A stretch of 64,000 bases of DNA from an uncultured Methanosarcinales archaeon (GTDB taxonomy: Archaea; Nanobdellota; Nanobdellia; Woesearchaeales; GW2011-AR9), in the NCBI GenBank assembly GCA_964498285.1, contig CAZCGN010000002.1:4923-68922 (forward strand), written 5' to 3'. Both the position numbers and the translations under genes were made by a program. This document shows, piece by piece, positions 18,084 to 27,279 of this stretch (the stretch's first letter is position 1; the number at the start of each line of letters is the position of its first letter). The notes under the pieces are model-generated. The model saw nothing but the letters and a program-made list of their open reading frames with translations. It searched no databases and had not been told where the DNA came from.

Positions 18084-19319
18084 CTACTGGTATCCTTTCA
18101 TGATCATATCACCTGCGTTTCGAGCACCGATAATGTTCCCTGCAAGAGGTCCAATAGTTAGGGATGCAAGTTCTCCTATAACGTAGATTCTTCCATGCCC
18201 CGAATTTGTCCATATTAATGGGGATGGAGCAATAGGATAGCCTTCACAGGTAGGTAAACCAAACGTTCTACTTATCTGTTGTACTAATGTGTTTTTTCCA
18301 GCAGGTTTAAAACCTGTTGCAAACACAAGGTGCCCCCGATACAATTCTTCTCTTCCCGAAGCAAAATCTAAACGCAATCTTCCATCCCCTCGTTTAAGGA
18401 TCCGTGTAAGTTCATCAACTTTATGAATCAGTCCGCAAGCACGTTGTGCATCTTCCATATCATCCATAACATACCGTGCTATTGTTCCCCTTCGCTTTGC
18501 TCTACTGACAACTCTTGCTCTCGCCTCAAACGGAACATGTAACCTGCTTGTTGCATACTCTAAATCTGCCCAACGTGCATCTGCATCAAGTTCATTGACA
18601 ACAAGCGGAGCTCGTGAAATCAGTGTAACGGGATACAAAGATCCAGCAGCATCTCTTTCTTTTGCCATTCGTGTTGCAAGTTGCACACCACTCATTCCTC
18701 CGCCAATGACATATACTGGGCCTTCAGACCTTGTAACTTTTTCTCTATCAAAATTACGATCAGCAACGTGACGTACTTTTTCTTCATGCCAATAGCTGCG
18801 CGCAACATCGGGCATGTTGGGCCCTCCACTTTGACCAATAGCTAGAACAACATTATTTGCTTCAATAGTATTTGTAGTAGTTTCAACGACAAACGTTCCT
18901 GTCTCAAACCGTGCACTTCTTCCAGGAAGAACACTTTCAACGAGTCCTTGCTCATGTAAATCATATAATCCATTCTCTAGAATAACAGCTGCACAATGAT
19001 CATTAAACAAGGCAAGTGTGGGCCGACTAAACCCCTCAGAAGAATGTATCTCATCTAACCTTTTCCCTCTTCTTGCAAATTCTTCTAATGTCAGATCTTT
19101 GCCGTTTAAATGATGCTCTGTGGGAGACCTGAGCATTTCTTGTCCGCACCCATCAGTATATCTTCGCCACTGTGCAGAAAGATGTTCATGCGGATCAACA
19201 ATTCTAACACTACTTTCTCCACTAGAAACTAATCTATTAGCTAGGTGCACTCCGTCAAGTCCACCACCAACAATAACCCAACGAGCTTTCTGTCTTCTTT
19301 TAAAGAATCTTAACATCAC
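18084..19319 (-). CDS. FAD/NAD(P)-binding oxidoreductase (flavin monooxygenase-like)
   Basis: IVGGGLDG FAD motif, MLRSP, LAIG, VIGGGMSG NAD(P) motif, FATGF, GPLAGNIIGAR. Confidence 0.85.
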   Translation of the reverse strand: MMLRFFKRRQKARWVIVGGGLDGVHLANRLVSSGESSVRIVDPHEHLSAQWRRYTDGCGQEMLRSPTEHHLNGKDLTLEEFARRGKRLDEIHSSEGFSRPTLALFNDHCAAVILENGLYDLHEQGLVESVLPGRSARFETGTFVVETTTNTIEANNVVLAIGQSGGPNMPDVARSYWHEEKVRHVADRNFDREKVTRSEGPVYVIGGGMSGVQLATRMAKERDAAGSLYPVTLISRAPLVVNELDADARWADLEYATSRLHVPFEARARVVSRAKRRGTIARYVMDDMEDAQRACGLIHKVDELTRILKRGDGRLRLDFASGREELYRGHLVFATGFKPAGKNTLVQQISRTFGLPTCEGYPIAPSPLIWTNSGHGRIYVIGELASLTIGPLAGNIIGARNAGDMIMKGYQ

Positions 19320-19374
19320 CAGCGAGTAGTTATGGTTTATTTATAAGCGTTTATATTATTTTATAAGAAAAGAG

Positions 19375-19502
19375 TGTGGGGGAGGGGATTCGAACCCCCG
19401 AACCTACTAAAGGACAGGATATCTTTACTAACCAGCATCACACTGGCGATCCTTGTTGTAGACTTAAGTCCTGCGCATTTGACCGAACTTTGCTACCCCC
19501 AC
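19375..19502 (-). tRNA. tRNA-Leu(TAA) with a 42-nt intron (19421-19462) at position 37/38
   Basis: GTGGGGG/CCCCCAC acceptor stem, CAGGA-CTTAAG^A-TCCTG anticodon arm, long variable arm, GTTCGAATC T-loop; 86 nt once spliced. Confidence 0.92.
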
Positions 19503-19547
19503 AAGAGTAGAGAGAAATGAACGAAAGTCCTTTAAAAACTTTTGCGT

Positions 19548-20417
19548 TTAGTTAGATAGAAGATCCAAGAAGAGAGAGTGGTCAAACTGTCCGTTGGATG
19601 CCAGAAGACCCCGTATAATAGTTTCCCTATCGAGGTAATTGATCAGATCTCCTTTTACAGTTGTAACTATTCCGCCTGCTTCTTCTAGTATAATCTGAGA
19701 TGCAGCAACGTCCCATAAATGCACGTGCATGTCTGGTGCGTACAGTACAAGATCAAATGTGTTTTTAGCAATCTCGACTATTTTCATTCCAGGCGCTTGG
19801 TTAACTTTACCAAAAATTCTTTGGTCATGTCTGTTTCGCCTTCTTCTTCGTCTCTCTCCTTTACCCAGCATTGTGAGCATAGATTCAAGCTGTGAACTAT
19901 CTCTATTGCTTGTTGCAGTTCTGAAGTCATGTCTCTCATTACTAACTCTTAATATTTCTTCGCTACCTTCATAGATTCTTCTAGCACCTCTTCCTACTTC
20001 TGCTACAAGAAGTTCGGGTTTCCAATCAGCTTTTTCATGTTCTTTAAAGAGTGGTCTGTACACTACGCCAACAATTGGAACACCATTTTTTGTAATGGCG
20101 ATTTTTGGCCCCCAGTTCCATTTGCCATCAGCATAACTTCTTGAACCATCAAGCGGATCAACAATAAAACAATATTCATTTGAGAAACGACTCCCATCTT
20201 CCTTTCGCTCTTCGTCAAGAATTCCAAATTCAGAAAACTTTCTTTTTATTCTTCCAAATATGGTGTCAGAAGAAATTCTATCTGCAAGCGTTTGGATGCT
20301 TCCATCTGCTTTGTAATGAATTTTGTGGTCTCTTCCAAAATGGTCTATTTGTATCTGACCAACGTCCCGTGCAAGACTGATGGAAAAATCAACTAACTCT
20401 TTGTATTCTGAAGGCAT
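19548..20417 (-). CDS. inositol monophosphatase / CysQ family phosphatase
   Basis: TLAD, ILDEE, IVDPLDGS, WDVAASQIILEEAGG. Confidence 0.9.
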   Translation of the reverse strand: MPSEYKELVDFSISLARDVGQIQIDHFGRDHKIHYKADGSIQTLADRISSDTIFGRIKRKFSEFGILDEERKEDGSRFSNEYCFIVDPLDGSRSYADGKWNWGPKIAITKNGVPIVGVVYRPLFKEHEKADWKPELLVAEVGRGARRIYEGSEEILRVSNERHDFRTATSNRDSSQLESMLTMLGKGERRRRRRNRHDQRIFGKVNQAPGMKIVEIAKNTFDLVLYAPDMHVHLWDVAASQIILEEAGGIVTTVKGDLINYLDRETIIRGLLASNGQFDHSLFLDLLSN

Positions 20418-20421
20418 AAGA

Positions 20422-21813
20422 TTATGATTTTTTCGCTACAAGCTCTAATCTATCAAAAAGATCTTGCATTTTGCTAAAGTATTTTTTAACGACGCTAGAA
20501 TCTGGGGTTGCGCGCCAAGAACCTACTAACGGAAAATATCCTCCAATTCTCTCTAGCCTTGCTGTAACAGCAGACTCGGGTGTCCACCAATCTTCAGGAA
20601 GACCAGCACCATATCTTAACAGATTTTCAGGTCCATCTAGTAATCCCCTTTTATTAGTGGCATCAGTGTGAAGGTCGCTGTGAAGAAGCTGCGAGACAAC
20701 TTGTGGTCCTACAACTGAAAGATCTATTTTGGTTTTCATCCGTTGAATTCTTGCACGACCCATATCTCGTAGTTTTTGAACGGCGTGTTTTCTGCTTGTT
20801 GAGTTTCCAGAATGTTCTAAATTAACACCATAATGGACAAAAAAGTGATGTAAAATATTTGGGATTTCTTCGATAGGAAGCATGGAAATACCACCTTCGG
20901 CGGTCATATATCGTGCAACGTCAGCTCCAACAACTAACCTGCCGAACTTCTCAAGATCAATAAACTTATCTCGAATATGTCTTGGCTTCATATCCCCGTG
21001 TTGTAGCGAGAAATACGTCTCAACAGCCATCTGTAAATCTACTATCTCACTAATCTCTCGACGAAGATCTACTCCCAATAACTCTTCTGTCTTCCTAACG
21101 ACAGATTCTGGATTGTATGGTTCTTCTTCTGAAGTTCTCTTGTCCCTACGATATGCGTGATCCAAAATAACGCACAGGTCATCAAGAAGATTTTCAGATC
21201 GAACCTGTTTTGAATAGGCCGGTCCTGGAACTCCTTCTTGACGAAAAAGGTTTCCATGAGAATCTACAAGTCCCCCAAAAGCCGCAATTCGCTCAAGATC
21301 GCCTACGATTATGTCCTTTCTCTCAGCATCATCTCCGAGAGATCGAAGTAATCTACTTCTGCTATCTGGACCTTCAATATACTGAAGAAACAAAAAAAGA
21401 TGACGTGTTGAGCTTGCAATCGGTTTTGGAACAAGTTTCTTACCATCATATCTTCCAACATTATTATATATAACTCCTGTGGCTCGTGCTTCATCAGCAT
21501 GTAGGGTGACAGGATTTCTCTCTTGCCTATACCTCCCCCCGGAAGTTGGCGAAACTGAAAAGAATTCTTTTCCAACAATAACTTTTGATCCACCCCTTCT
21601 TTTAAGAGTCATCCTATAGACCCTTGCATGGTTAGATTCTCCAAGAAGTTCATACGCTACATCTGTTACCCCATTTAAATATCCTGGCCTTGAGAAAACA
21701 AGATTCCTCATCTCATCTCGTAGGCCCCTAAGATCTTTCCCACGTGTTAGCGTATTGAGTTCCCCTCTTCCTACTTCATCTAGTGTGGTTGGGCCTGAGG
21801 CTGTCATCATCAT
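20422..21813 (-). CDS. protein-kinase-like (APH/choline kinase-like) protein
   Basis: IVGKEF, LFLQYIEG, HGDMKPRHI, FIDLE, D..R motifs. Confidence 0.65.
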   Translation of the reverse strand: MMMTASGPTTLDEVGRGELNTLTRGKDLRGLRDEMRNLVFSRPGYLNGVTDVAYELLGESNHARVYRMTLKRRGGSKVIVGKEFFSVSPTSGGRYRQERNPVTLHADEARATGVIYNNVGRYDGKKLVPKPIASSTRHLFLFLQYIEGPDSRSRLLRSLGDDAERKDIIVGDLERIAAFGGLVDSHGNLFRQEGVPGPAYSKQVRSENLLDDLCVILDHAYRRDKRTSEEEPYNPESVVRKTEELLGVDLRREISEIVDLQMAVETYFSLQHGDMKPRHIRDKFIDLEKFGRLVVGADVARYMTAEGGISMLPIEEIPNILHHFFVHYGVNLEHSGNSTSRKHAVQKLRDMGRARIQRMKTKIDLSVVGPQVVSQLLHSDLHTDATNKRGLLDGPENLLRYGAGLPEDWWTPESAVTARLERIGGYFPLVGSWRATPDSSVVKKYFSKMQDLFDRLELVAKKS

Positions 21814-21923
21814 TTTTTTAGGGTGTTAGATTATTAACTTATGAGTGGCAGTATAAAAATTTGTGCTATATTTAAAGCTTCTGACTGTTTTTAAAGAAAT
21901 CTCCGCAAAATCCTTTGGCTTAC

Positions 21924-22871
21924 CTAGTGTTGAAATGTTATTCTGTTAAGCTCATGAATTGCTCCAACCATTCTTCGTAGGCGATCAACCATGTAGGAGG
22001 TCTCAGCTTGACTAGAGTTCTCATCATAAAAAGAGTTAATTTTTTCGATAAGTTCTGCTTTTGTTGTTGTAAGTTTCATTGCTTTTTCTCTTTGTTCAGC
22101 ATAAAAGGCCTTAATAACAACAAGATAGAACTCACTTACTTGAGTTAAAAGGTCTTCAAATTTCTTTTGTTTTGCTTTTGAAAGTTTTACCTTTGCCATT
22201 CCTCTTGAGATACGCTTTGCTTCGTCTGCAATGGCTTCAAGATGGAACGTAAGCATGAAATAACTCATTAAATTAATAGCTTTAAGCTTATAGTTTTTAA
22301 GTACGGTTGACTGGTTATTCATACCGTATCGAATTACTCTACACAATAGGAAATATAACCGGTTTACATCATTATCTCGTAATTCTATGTTGGCTGCAGT
22401 ATTCTCTTGAAATGTAAGAATACAATCCTTAATCATTGATCTGACAATAATATCCATTTTTCGGGCAAGCTCTACTATAGAAATCTTGTCCATATCCAAA
22501 AAGTCTTTTGTCACAATTCTTTGTGAATCAAGCTCAAGAACTTCAAGAGCAATAAGCTCACGTATAATCTCCAGAATTTCTTTAGATTTTGCTTTAAGTT
22601 CCTTACCAACAATTGTAATCTCCCTATTATTGAGAATATATGCTGTATTAAGCTCTCGGATAAGCAAAGGAATTCCTTTCCCATCAACATTGATGGTAGT
22701 TTTTGCATCCTCGTGGATGCTTCCTTCTTTTGCGCTAATCACTAAATCGTTTTCATTATTATTAACATACACCAAATCTCCTTTTTTGACATTATTCTGT
22801 CGTATCCAGCTCTTTGGCAGTGAGATTACGAAACTACTTTTCCCAAATGATATGACTTTCCTATATTCCAT
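21924..22871 (-). CDS. AbrB-PhoU family regulator (paralog 1)
   Basis: MEYRKVISFGKSSFVISLPKSW AbrB domain; RDNDVNRLY and LEAIADEAK PhoU motifs. Confidence 0.88.
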   Translation of the reverse strand: MEYRKVISFGKSSFVISLPKSWIRQNNVKKGDLVYVNNNENDLVISAKEGSIHEDAKTTINVDGKGIPLLIRELNTAYILNNREITIVGKELKAKSKEILEIIRELIALEVLELDSQRIVTKDFLDMDKISIVELARKMDIIVRSMIKDCILTFQENTAANIELRDNDVNRLYFLLCRVIRYGMNNQSTVLKNYKLKAINLMSYFMLTFHLEAIADEAKRISRGMAKVKLSKAKQKKFEDLLTQVSEFYLVVIKAFYAEQREKAMKLTTTKAELIEKINSFYDENSSQAETSYMVDRLRRMVGAIHELNRITFQH

Positions 22872-22990
22872 TTTGACAAGTCCCACAACAGTAACAAACA
22901 TATACTATCTTAAGGGGATATATAGTATTGAGGAAATGTATTTATATTTAAATGTTTTGTATACAATATAGTTAGAGGAATACACAAACC

Positions 22991-23194
22991 ATGGGGGTGG
23001 TGCAAATGTTGTTTCCAGAAGATAGAGACGATAGGATTCTGCTTGAGCAGATTCGTCTTGGAAAAATAGCAAAACGAAGAGAAAGGTTAGCGCAGATGCG
23101 TGTGTCGTTAATGACGAAAAAGGATAGAGTAAAGATGCCAAAAGGAGTTGCATTAGTAAGGTCGGGATTACATCAGGAGGAGTGGTCAGTATAA
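22991..23194 (+). CDS. small basic hypothetical protein
   Basis: ORF after SD-like AGAGGA, divergent from the PhoU regulator. Confidence 0.45.
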   Translation: MGVVQMLFPEDRDDRILLEQIRLGKIAKRRERLAQMRVSLMTKKDRVKMPKGVALVRSGLHQEEWSV

Positions 23195-23199
23195 AGACA

Positions 23200-23412
23200 A
23201 TGTCAATAAAAACACTGCTCGGGTTAGACGGTCTCCCGTTTGATGATGCACAAATTATTCAGAAGATTGTGGAAGCGCGCAATCGTAAAATGGAGGTAGT
23301 TGAATTCCAAGTTCCTGGCGCAAAGCCAGTACAGATACGTGTGAGTAAGCTCACACCAGAAGGAATTATGCATGGAGAATATCGCATGTATAAGAATCCA
23401 AAACGTTGGTAG
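23200..23412 (+). CDS. small hypothetical protein
   Basis: SD AGGAGG upstream; protein-like composition. Confidence 0.6.
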   Translation: MSIKTLLGLDGLPFDDAQIIQKIVEARNRKMEVVEFQVPGAKPVQIRVSKLTPEGIMHGEYRMYKNPKRW

Positions 23413-23479
23413 ATACACAATATAAGATAACATTCAACTTTCCAAACTTTTAAAAGCGTTAGCGCTATATCTTTTTTCT

Positions 23480-24322
23480 ATGGGGAATGTTTTTGGTGAG
23501 GTTGTTAGTGCGTATCGTTCTACTCTCCATGCTGTAAAGAAGCGGAAAGGTCTTTTTACCTTGTTCTGTTTGTTTCAATTATTGTTTCTTATTATTCTCT
23601 CTTCAGTGTTTATCCATTACCAACTTGTTTTGTTTGATGATCTTGTTGCAATTGGGGCTCCTTTAGAGACTCTTAATTTTGATGAGGAGAGTTTACAGGC
23701 AGGAGCTCCATTAGTTGATAATCCAATTGCTCTTCTTGCAAGTTATAGGTCATTAATTAATAATATTATATCGCTTCTTACATGGCTTTCTGTTCTTGTG
23801 CTTATCATTAACCCTTTGTTGTGGATCTGTGCAAGTTTCATGCAAAGTTCAGGGTTTAGTAAGTCAATCTCGTTTGGTCGAAAAATAATCATCTTTTCTA
23901 AGATGTGGCTTAAGAATGTTACAGCGCTTCTTGCAATTTTTCTCCCGTTTGGCATCCTTTATTATGTAGTAGTTCTACGATGGATAGGATCGTTAAACCC
24001 ATTCTTTTTACTGATAACGCGCATATTTGTTGCACTTTTTTTCATACTATTTTATGTCTTTTTGGTGGCATCTTCTCGCATAGAAATCGCATCATGGAAA
24101 AAATACATATTTTCCATTAAAAGAATAGTTACAACACACTTTTTCTCATCGTTGCTTGTTGTCCTCTTCTCTTTGGCGCTTCCCGTATTGTTGGCATCTT
24201 GTTTATACTATGCTACACTTATACAAGAAAATTTTACATTAATGGTTATTTCAGCGATCCTTTTTGTTATTTCCCTGTTCTTTGGTAAAATGGTACTTGT
24301 TGGATATTCTAAAGGCAAATGA
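23480..24322 (+). CDS. multi-pass membrane protein
   Basis: About 6 hydrophobic helices; TTTTAAAA ~25 nt upstream. Confidence 0.75.
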   Translation: MGNVFGEVVSAYRSTLHAVKKRKGLFTLFCLFQLLFLIILSSVFIHYQLVLFDDLVAIGAPLETLNFDEESLQAGAPLVDNPIALLASYRSLINNIISLLTWLSVLVLIINPLLWICASFMQSSGFSKSISFGRKIIIFSKMWLKNVTALLAIFLPFGILYYVVVLRWIGSLNPFFLLITRIFVALFFILFYVFLVASSRIEIASWKKYIFSIKRIVTTHFFSSLLVVLFSLALPVLLASCLYYATLIQENFTLMVISAILFVISLFFGKMVLVGYSKGK

Positions 24323-24323
24323 T

Positions 24324-24656
24324 ATGAAATGTGAAAAGAGTGGTGTGTGTTGTCGATTGTTTTTAATCAATCTTACTGAGGAGGAATACAGGTCAGGCAA
24401 GTATACGACGATTTTTCGAAGCTTTGATATTCCGAATGATTTCAGAGAAGTTGAGTTGCTTGGCGCAAATATCTTAGCGCAAAATGTCGATGGAAGCTGT
24501 ATTTATCTCCAAGAAAATAAATGTTCTATACATGAGAGAAGGCCACAAAATTGTCGTGCTTTTTTTTGTACCTCAAAAGATCCATACTTTACAGAAATGA
24601 TTGAGATAGTGAATGAGTATAAGAAGAAACATGAACTAAAAGTGCTCAAGGCGTAA
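24324..24656 (+). CDS. YkgJ/CxxCxxCC family cysteine-cluster protein
   Basis: CEKSGVCC..GSCIYL..CSIHERRPQNCRAFFC. Confidence 0.85.
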   Translation: MKCEKSGVCCRLFLINLTEEEYRSGKYTTIFRSFDIPNDFREVELLGANILAQNVDGSCIYLQENKCSIHERRPQNCRAFFCTSKDPYFTEMIEIVNEYKKKHELKVLKA

Positions 24657-24702
24657 AAAATTGTAGTAACATACATAAACCAAACCCACTTTCTTAAGTT
24701 GA

Positions 24703-25098
24703 ATGAAACGAGTAATTATTGATACCAACGCACTTATTGCAATTCACATGTTCAAACTAGATGTATTTTCAGCAATTGAAGAGAGTTTAGACATAGCATA
24801 TGAAGTATGTATCATTGATGGGACACTCAAAGAACTTGAAAAACTTAAAACGAGTCGCGACCTCTCACAAAAAGAGCGGAACGCAGCAAAGTTAGCTCTT
24901 TCGATTGTTCAAAAGAAATTATTAGATAAGACTCTCACACTCTTAACTGATGATCCTACAATGGATGTGGATTCAAACTTAGCTGAGGAAAGCGCTGGTG
25001 GCGCTTTAATTCTTACACAAGATAAAGGGCTTAAAATGCGGCTTACAAAGCCATATTTGACAATCAGACAGCAAAAGAGGGTTGTTGTAATAGAATAA
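24703..25098 (+). CDS. PIN-domain ribonuclease (Fcf1/Utp24-like)
   Basis: VIIDTNAL, ELEKL, VD, TQDKGLK. Confidence 0.88.
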   Translation: MKRVIIDTNALIAIHMFKLDVFSAIEESLDIAYEVCIIDGTLKELEKLKTSRDLSQKERNAAKLALSIVQKKLLDKTLTLLTDDPTMDVDSNLAEESAGGALILTQDKGLKMRLTKPYLTIRQQKRVVVIE

Positions 25099-25208
25099 TA
25101 TATTCTAAAATAGGGGTGAATTTTCCGTAATAGTTCAGTAAACTATTTAAATGACTTCTAAAACCTTTTTGACTATTAAGATAAAACGTTTCAAGGGGGT
25201 TGAAATAC

Positions 25209-27215
25209 ATGTCAATAGCAGTTTTTTCATTAGTAATTAGTTTAGTTGCGCTATTGTATGCTGGGTACCTTTCGTTTCGTGTAATGAGCGTTCCTGCAGG
25301 AACAAAAAGAATGCAGGACATTTCAGATGCGATTAAGGAAGGAGCCATGGCATTTATGGCGCGCGAGTATAAGACTATTGCAGCATTTGCAATAGTAATA
25401 GCACTTATTTTATGGGGTCTTTTTGGCAACGCGGTTGCAATTGGATTCGTTGTGGGCGCAATTCTCTCAGCGTTCTCAGGGTATGTAGGTATGAACATTT
25501 CTGTTCGTGCTAACGTGCGAACAGCTGAGAGTGCAAAAAAAGGTCTTAAAGAAGCATTTGATGTAGCATTCAAAGGTGGATCGGTTACCGGTATGGCTGT
25601 AGTTGGATTTGCTTTGTTTGCAATTAGCATAATGTATCTTATTTATCCAGACCCAGTAGCATTAATCGGTCTCGGGTTTGGAGCTTCTCTAGTATCATTA
25701 TTTGCGCGTGTTGGTGGCGGAATTTTTACCAAGGCAGCGGATGTTGGTGCTGATTTAGTAGGAAAAATTGAGAAAGGAATTCCTGAAGACGATCCTCGAA
25801 ACCCAGCGACTATTGCTGATAATGTTGGAGATAATGTTGGCGATTGTGCAGGAATGGGCGCAGATCTCTATGAAACATACGTCGTAACAGTTCTCGCAGC
25901 AATGCTTCTAGCAATGCTTCCAAGCGTTTCAGGAAGGTTTAGCATGGCAGTTGAGTATCCATTATTACTTGGTGGAGTTGCAATTATAGGTTCAATCATA
26001 GGTTCATGGTTTGTTCGACTCGGAAGAGGAGAAAATATCATGGCAGCCCTATACAAAGGATTGATAGCTTCAGGCATCTTTTCTGCAGTAGGGTTTTACT
26101 TTGTAACATTATACACTGGAAACGACCTTAATTTGTTTTTAGCAACGTTGGTTGGTCTTGTAATAACGTTGTTAATTAATGTAATTACAGAGTACTACAC
26201 AAGTACTAAGTATAAACCGGTCAAGAGTATTGCCGAAAGTTCCGTTACAGGTGCTGGAACAAACCTCATTTCTGGTTTAGCGTTTGGTCTGCAATCAACA
26301 TTTCTTCCAGTAATCATCATTGCTATTGGAATTCTTGTAGCATTTGGTCTTGCTGGAATTTATGGAGTTGCAATTGCTGCAGTTTCAATGCTTTCACTAA
26401 CTGGTGTTATTATTGCGCTTGATAGTTATGGTCCAATCACAGATAATGCTGGTGGGATTGCTGAGATGTCAGAACTTGATAAGAGTGTTCGTCATGTAAC
26501 AGACGCGCTTGATGCGGTTGGAAACACCACAAAAGCGGTTACAAAAGGATACGCAATCGGTTCAGCGGCTCTTGCGGCTCTCGCTCTTTTTGCAGCATTC
26601 ACACACGAGATTACAAAGTTCGGTGCAGAAACGTTTGTCTTCAGCATAACTGACCCAGTAGTTCTTGTCGGCCTTTTCATTGGAAGCATGTTACCGTTCA
26701 TCTTCTCAGCAGTATGTATGACTGCTGTGGGCTCAGCTGCTCACAAAATTGTCTTAGAAGTTCGAAGACAGTTTAAAGAGATTAAAGGTATCATGAGCGG
26801 AAAAGCAAAACCTGAGTATGGTAAATGTGTTGATATTGTAACAAAAGCAGCATTAAGGCATATGATCTTGCCAGCAATTATTGCAATTGCAGCGCCACTA
26901 ATTGTAGGGCTCCTACTTGGCATTAAAGCATTAGGCGGTCTTTTGATTGGAGTAATCCTCTCAGGACTTTTAATGGCACTCTTTATGTCAAACGCTGGTG
27001 CGGCATGGGATAATGCTAAAAAGTACATTGAAGATGGTAACTTTGGCGGCAAAGGTAAAGATGCCCACAAAGCAGCTGTTGTAGGAGATACTGTTGGAGA
27101 TCCTTTCAAAGATACCGCAGGTCCGGCACTCAATGCGCTTATTAAAGTTATCAATACGTTTGCAATAGTCTTTGCGCCCCTGTTTGTGATGTACGGACTT
27201 AGCTTGCTAGGATAA
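25209..27215 (+). CDS. hppA: membrane-bound ion-translocating pyrophosphatase, probably K+-independent H+-PPase
   Basis: DVGADLVGKIE, EDDPRN, DNVGDNVGD, DNAGGIAE, GNTTKA, GDTVGDPFKD. Confidence 0.96.
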   Translation: MSIAVFSLVISLVALLYAGYLSFRVMSVPAGTKRMQDISDAIKEGAMAFMAREYKTIAAFAIVIALILWGLFGNAVAIGFVVGAILSAFSGYVGMNISVRANVRTAESAKKGLKEAFDVAFKGGSVTGMAVVGFALFAISIMYLIYPDPVALIGLGFGASLVSLFARVGGGIFTKAADVGADLVGKIEKGIPEDDPRNPATIADNVGDNVGDCAGMGADLYETYVVTVLAAMLLAMLPSVSGRFSMAVEYPLLLGGVAIIGSIIGSWFVRLGRGENIMAALYKGLIASGIFSAVGFYFVTLYTGNDLNLFLATLVGLVITLLINVITEYYTSTKYKPVKSIAESSVTGAGTNLISGLAFGLQSTFLPVIIIAIGILVAFGLAGIYGVAIAAVSMLSLTGVIIALDSYGPITDNAGGIAEMSELDKSVRHVTDALDAVGNTTKAVTKGYAIGSAALAALALFAAFTHEITKFGAETFVFSITDPVVLVGLFIGSMLPFIFSAVCMTAVGSAAHKIVLEVRRQFKEIKGIMSGKAKPEYGKCVDIVTKAALRHMILPAIIAIAAPLIVGLLLGIKALGGLLIGVILSGLLMALFMSNAGAAWDNAKKYIEDGNFGGKGKDAHKAAVVGDTVGDPFKDTAGPALNALIKVINTFAIVFAPLFVMYGLSLLG

Positions 27216-27255
27216 CTTTGTTGTTTTTTCTTTTTTTTCTTTCATTTCTTTTTTT
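27216..27255 (+). terminator. oligo-T archaeal terminator
   Basis: Several T-runs directly after the hppA stop. Confidence 0.6.
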
Positions 27256-27279
27256 GTAGGTGCATGGTGAAACAAAAAA

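Noticed and set aside
24703-25098. VapC toxin of a toxin-antitoxin pair
   Set aside because: No antitoxin upstream; the sequence fits the Fcf1/Utp24-like PIN family better
25064-27154. Antisense ORFs over hppA (188, 69, 69, 137 aa) and similar shadow ORFs elsewhere
   Set aside because: They overlap confident genes on the other strand or frame and have no motifs
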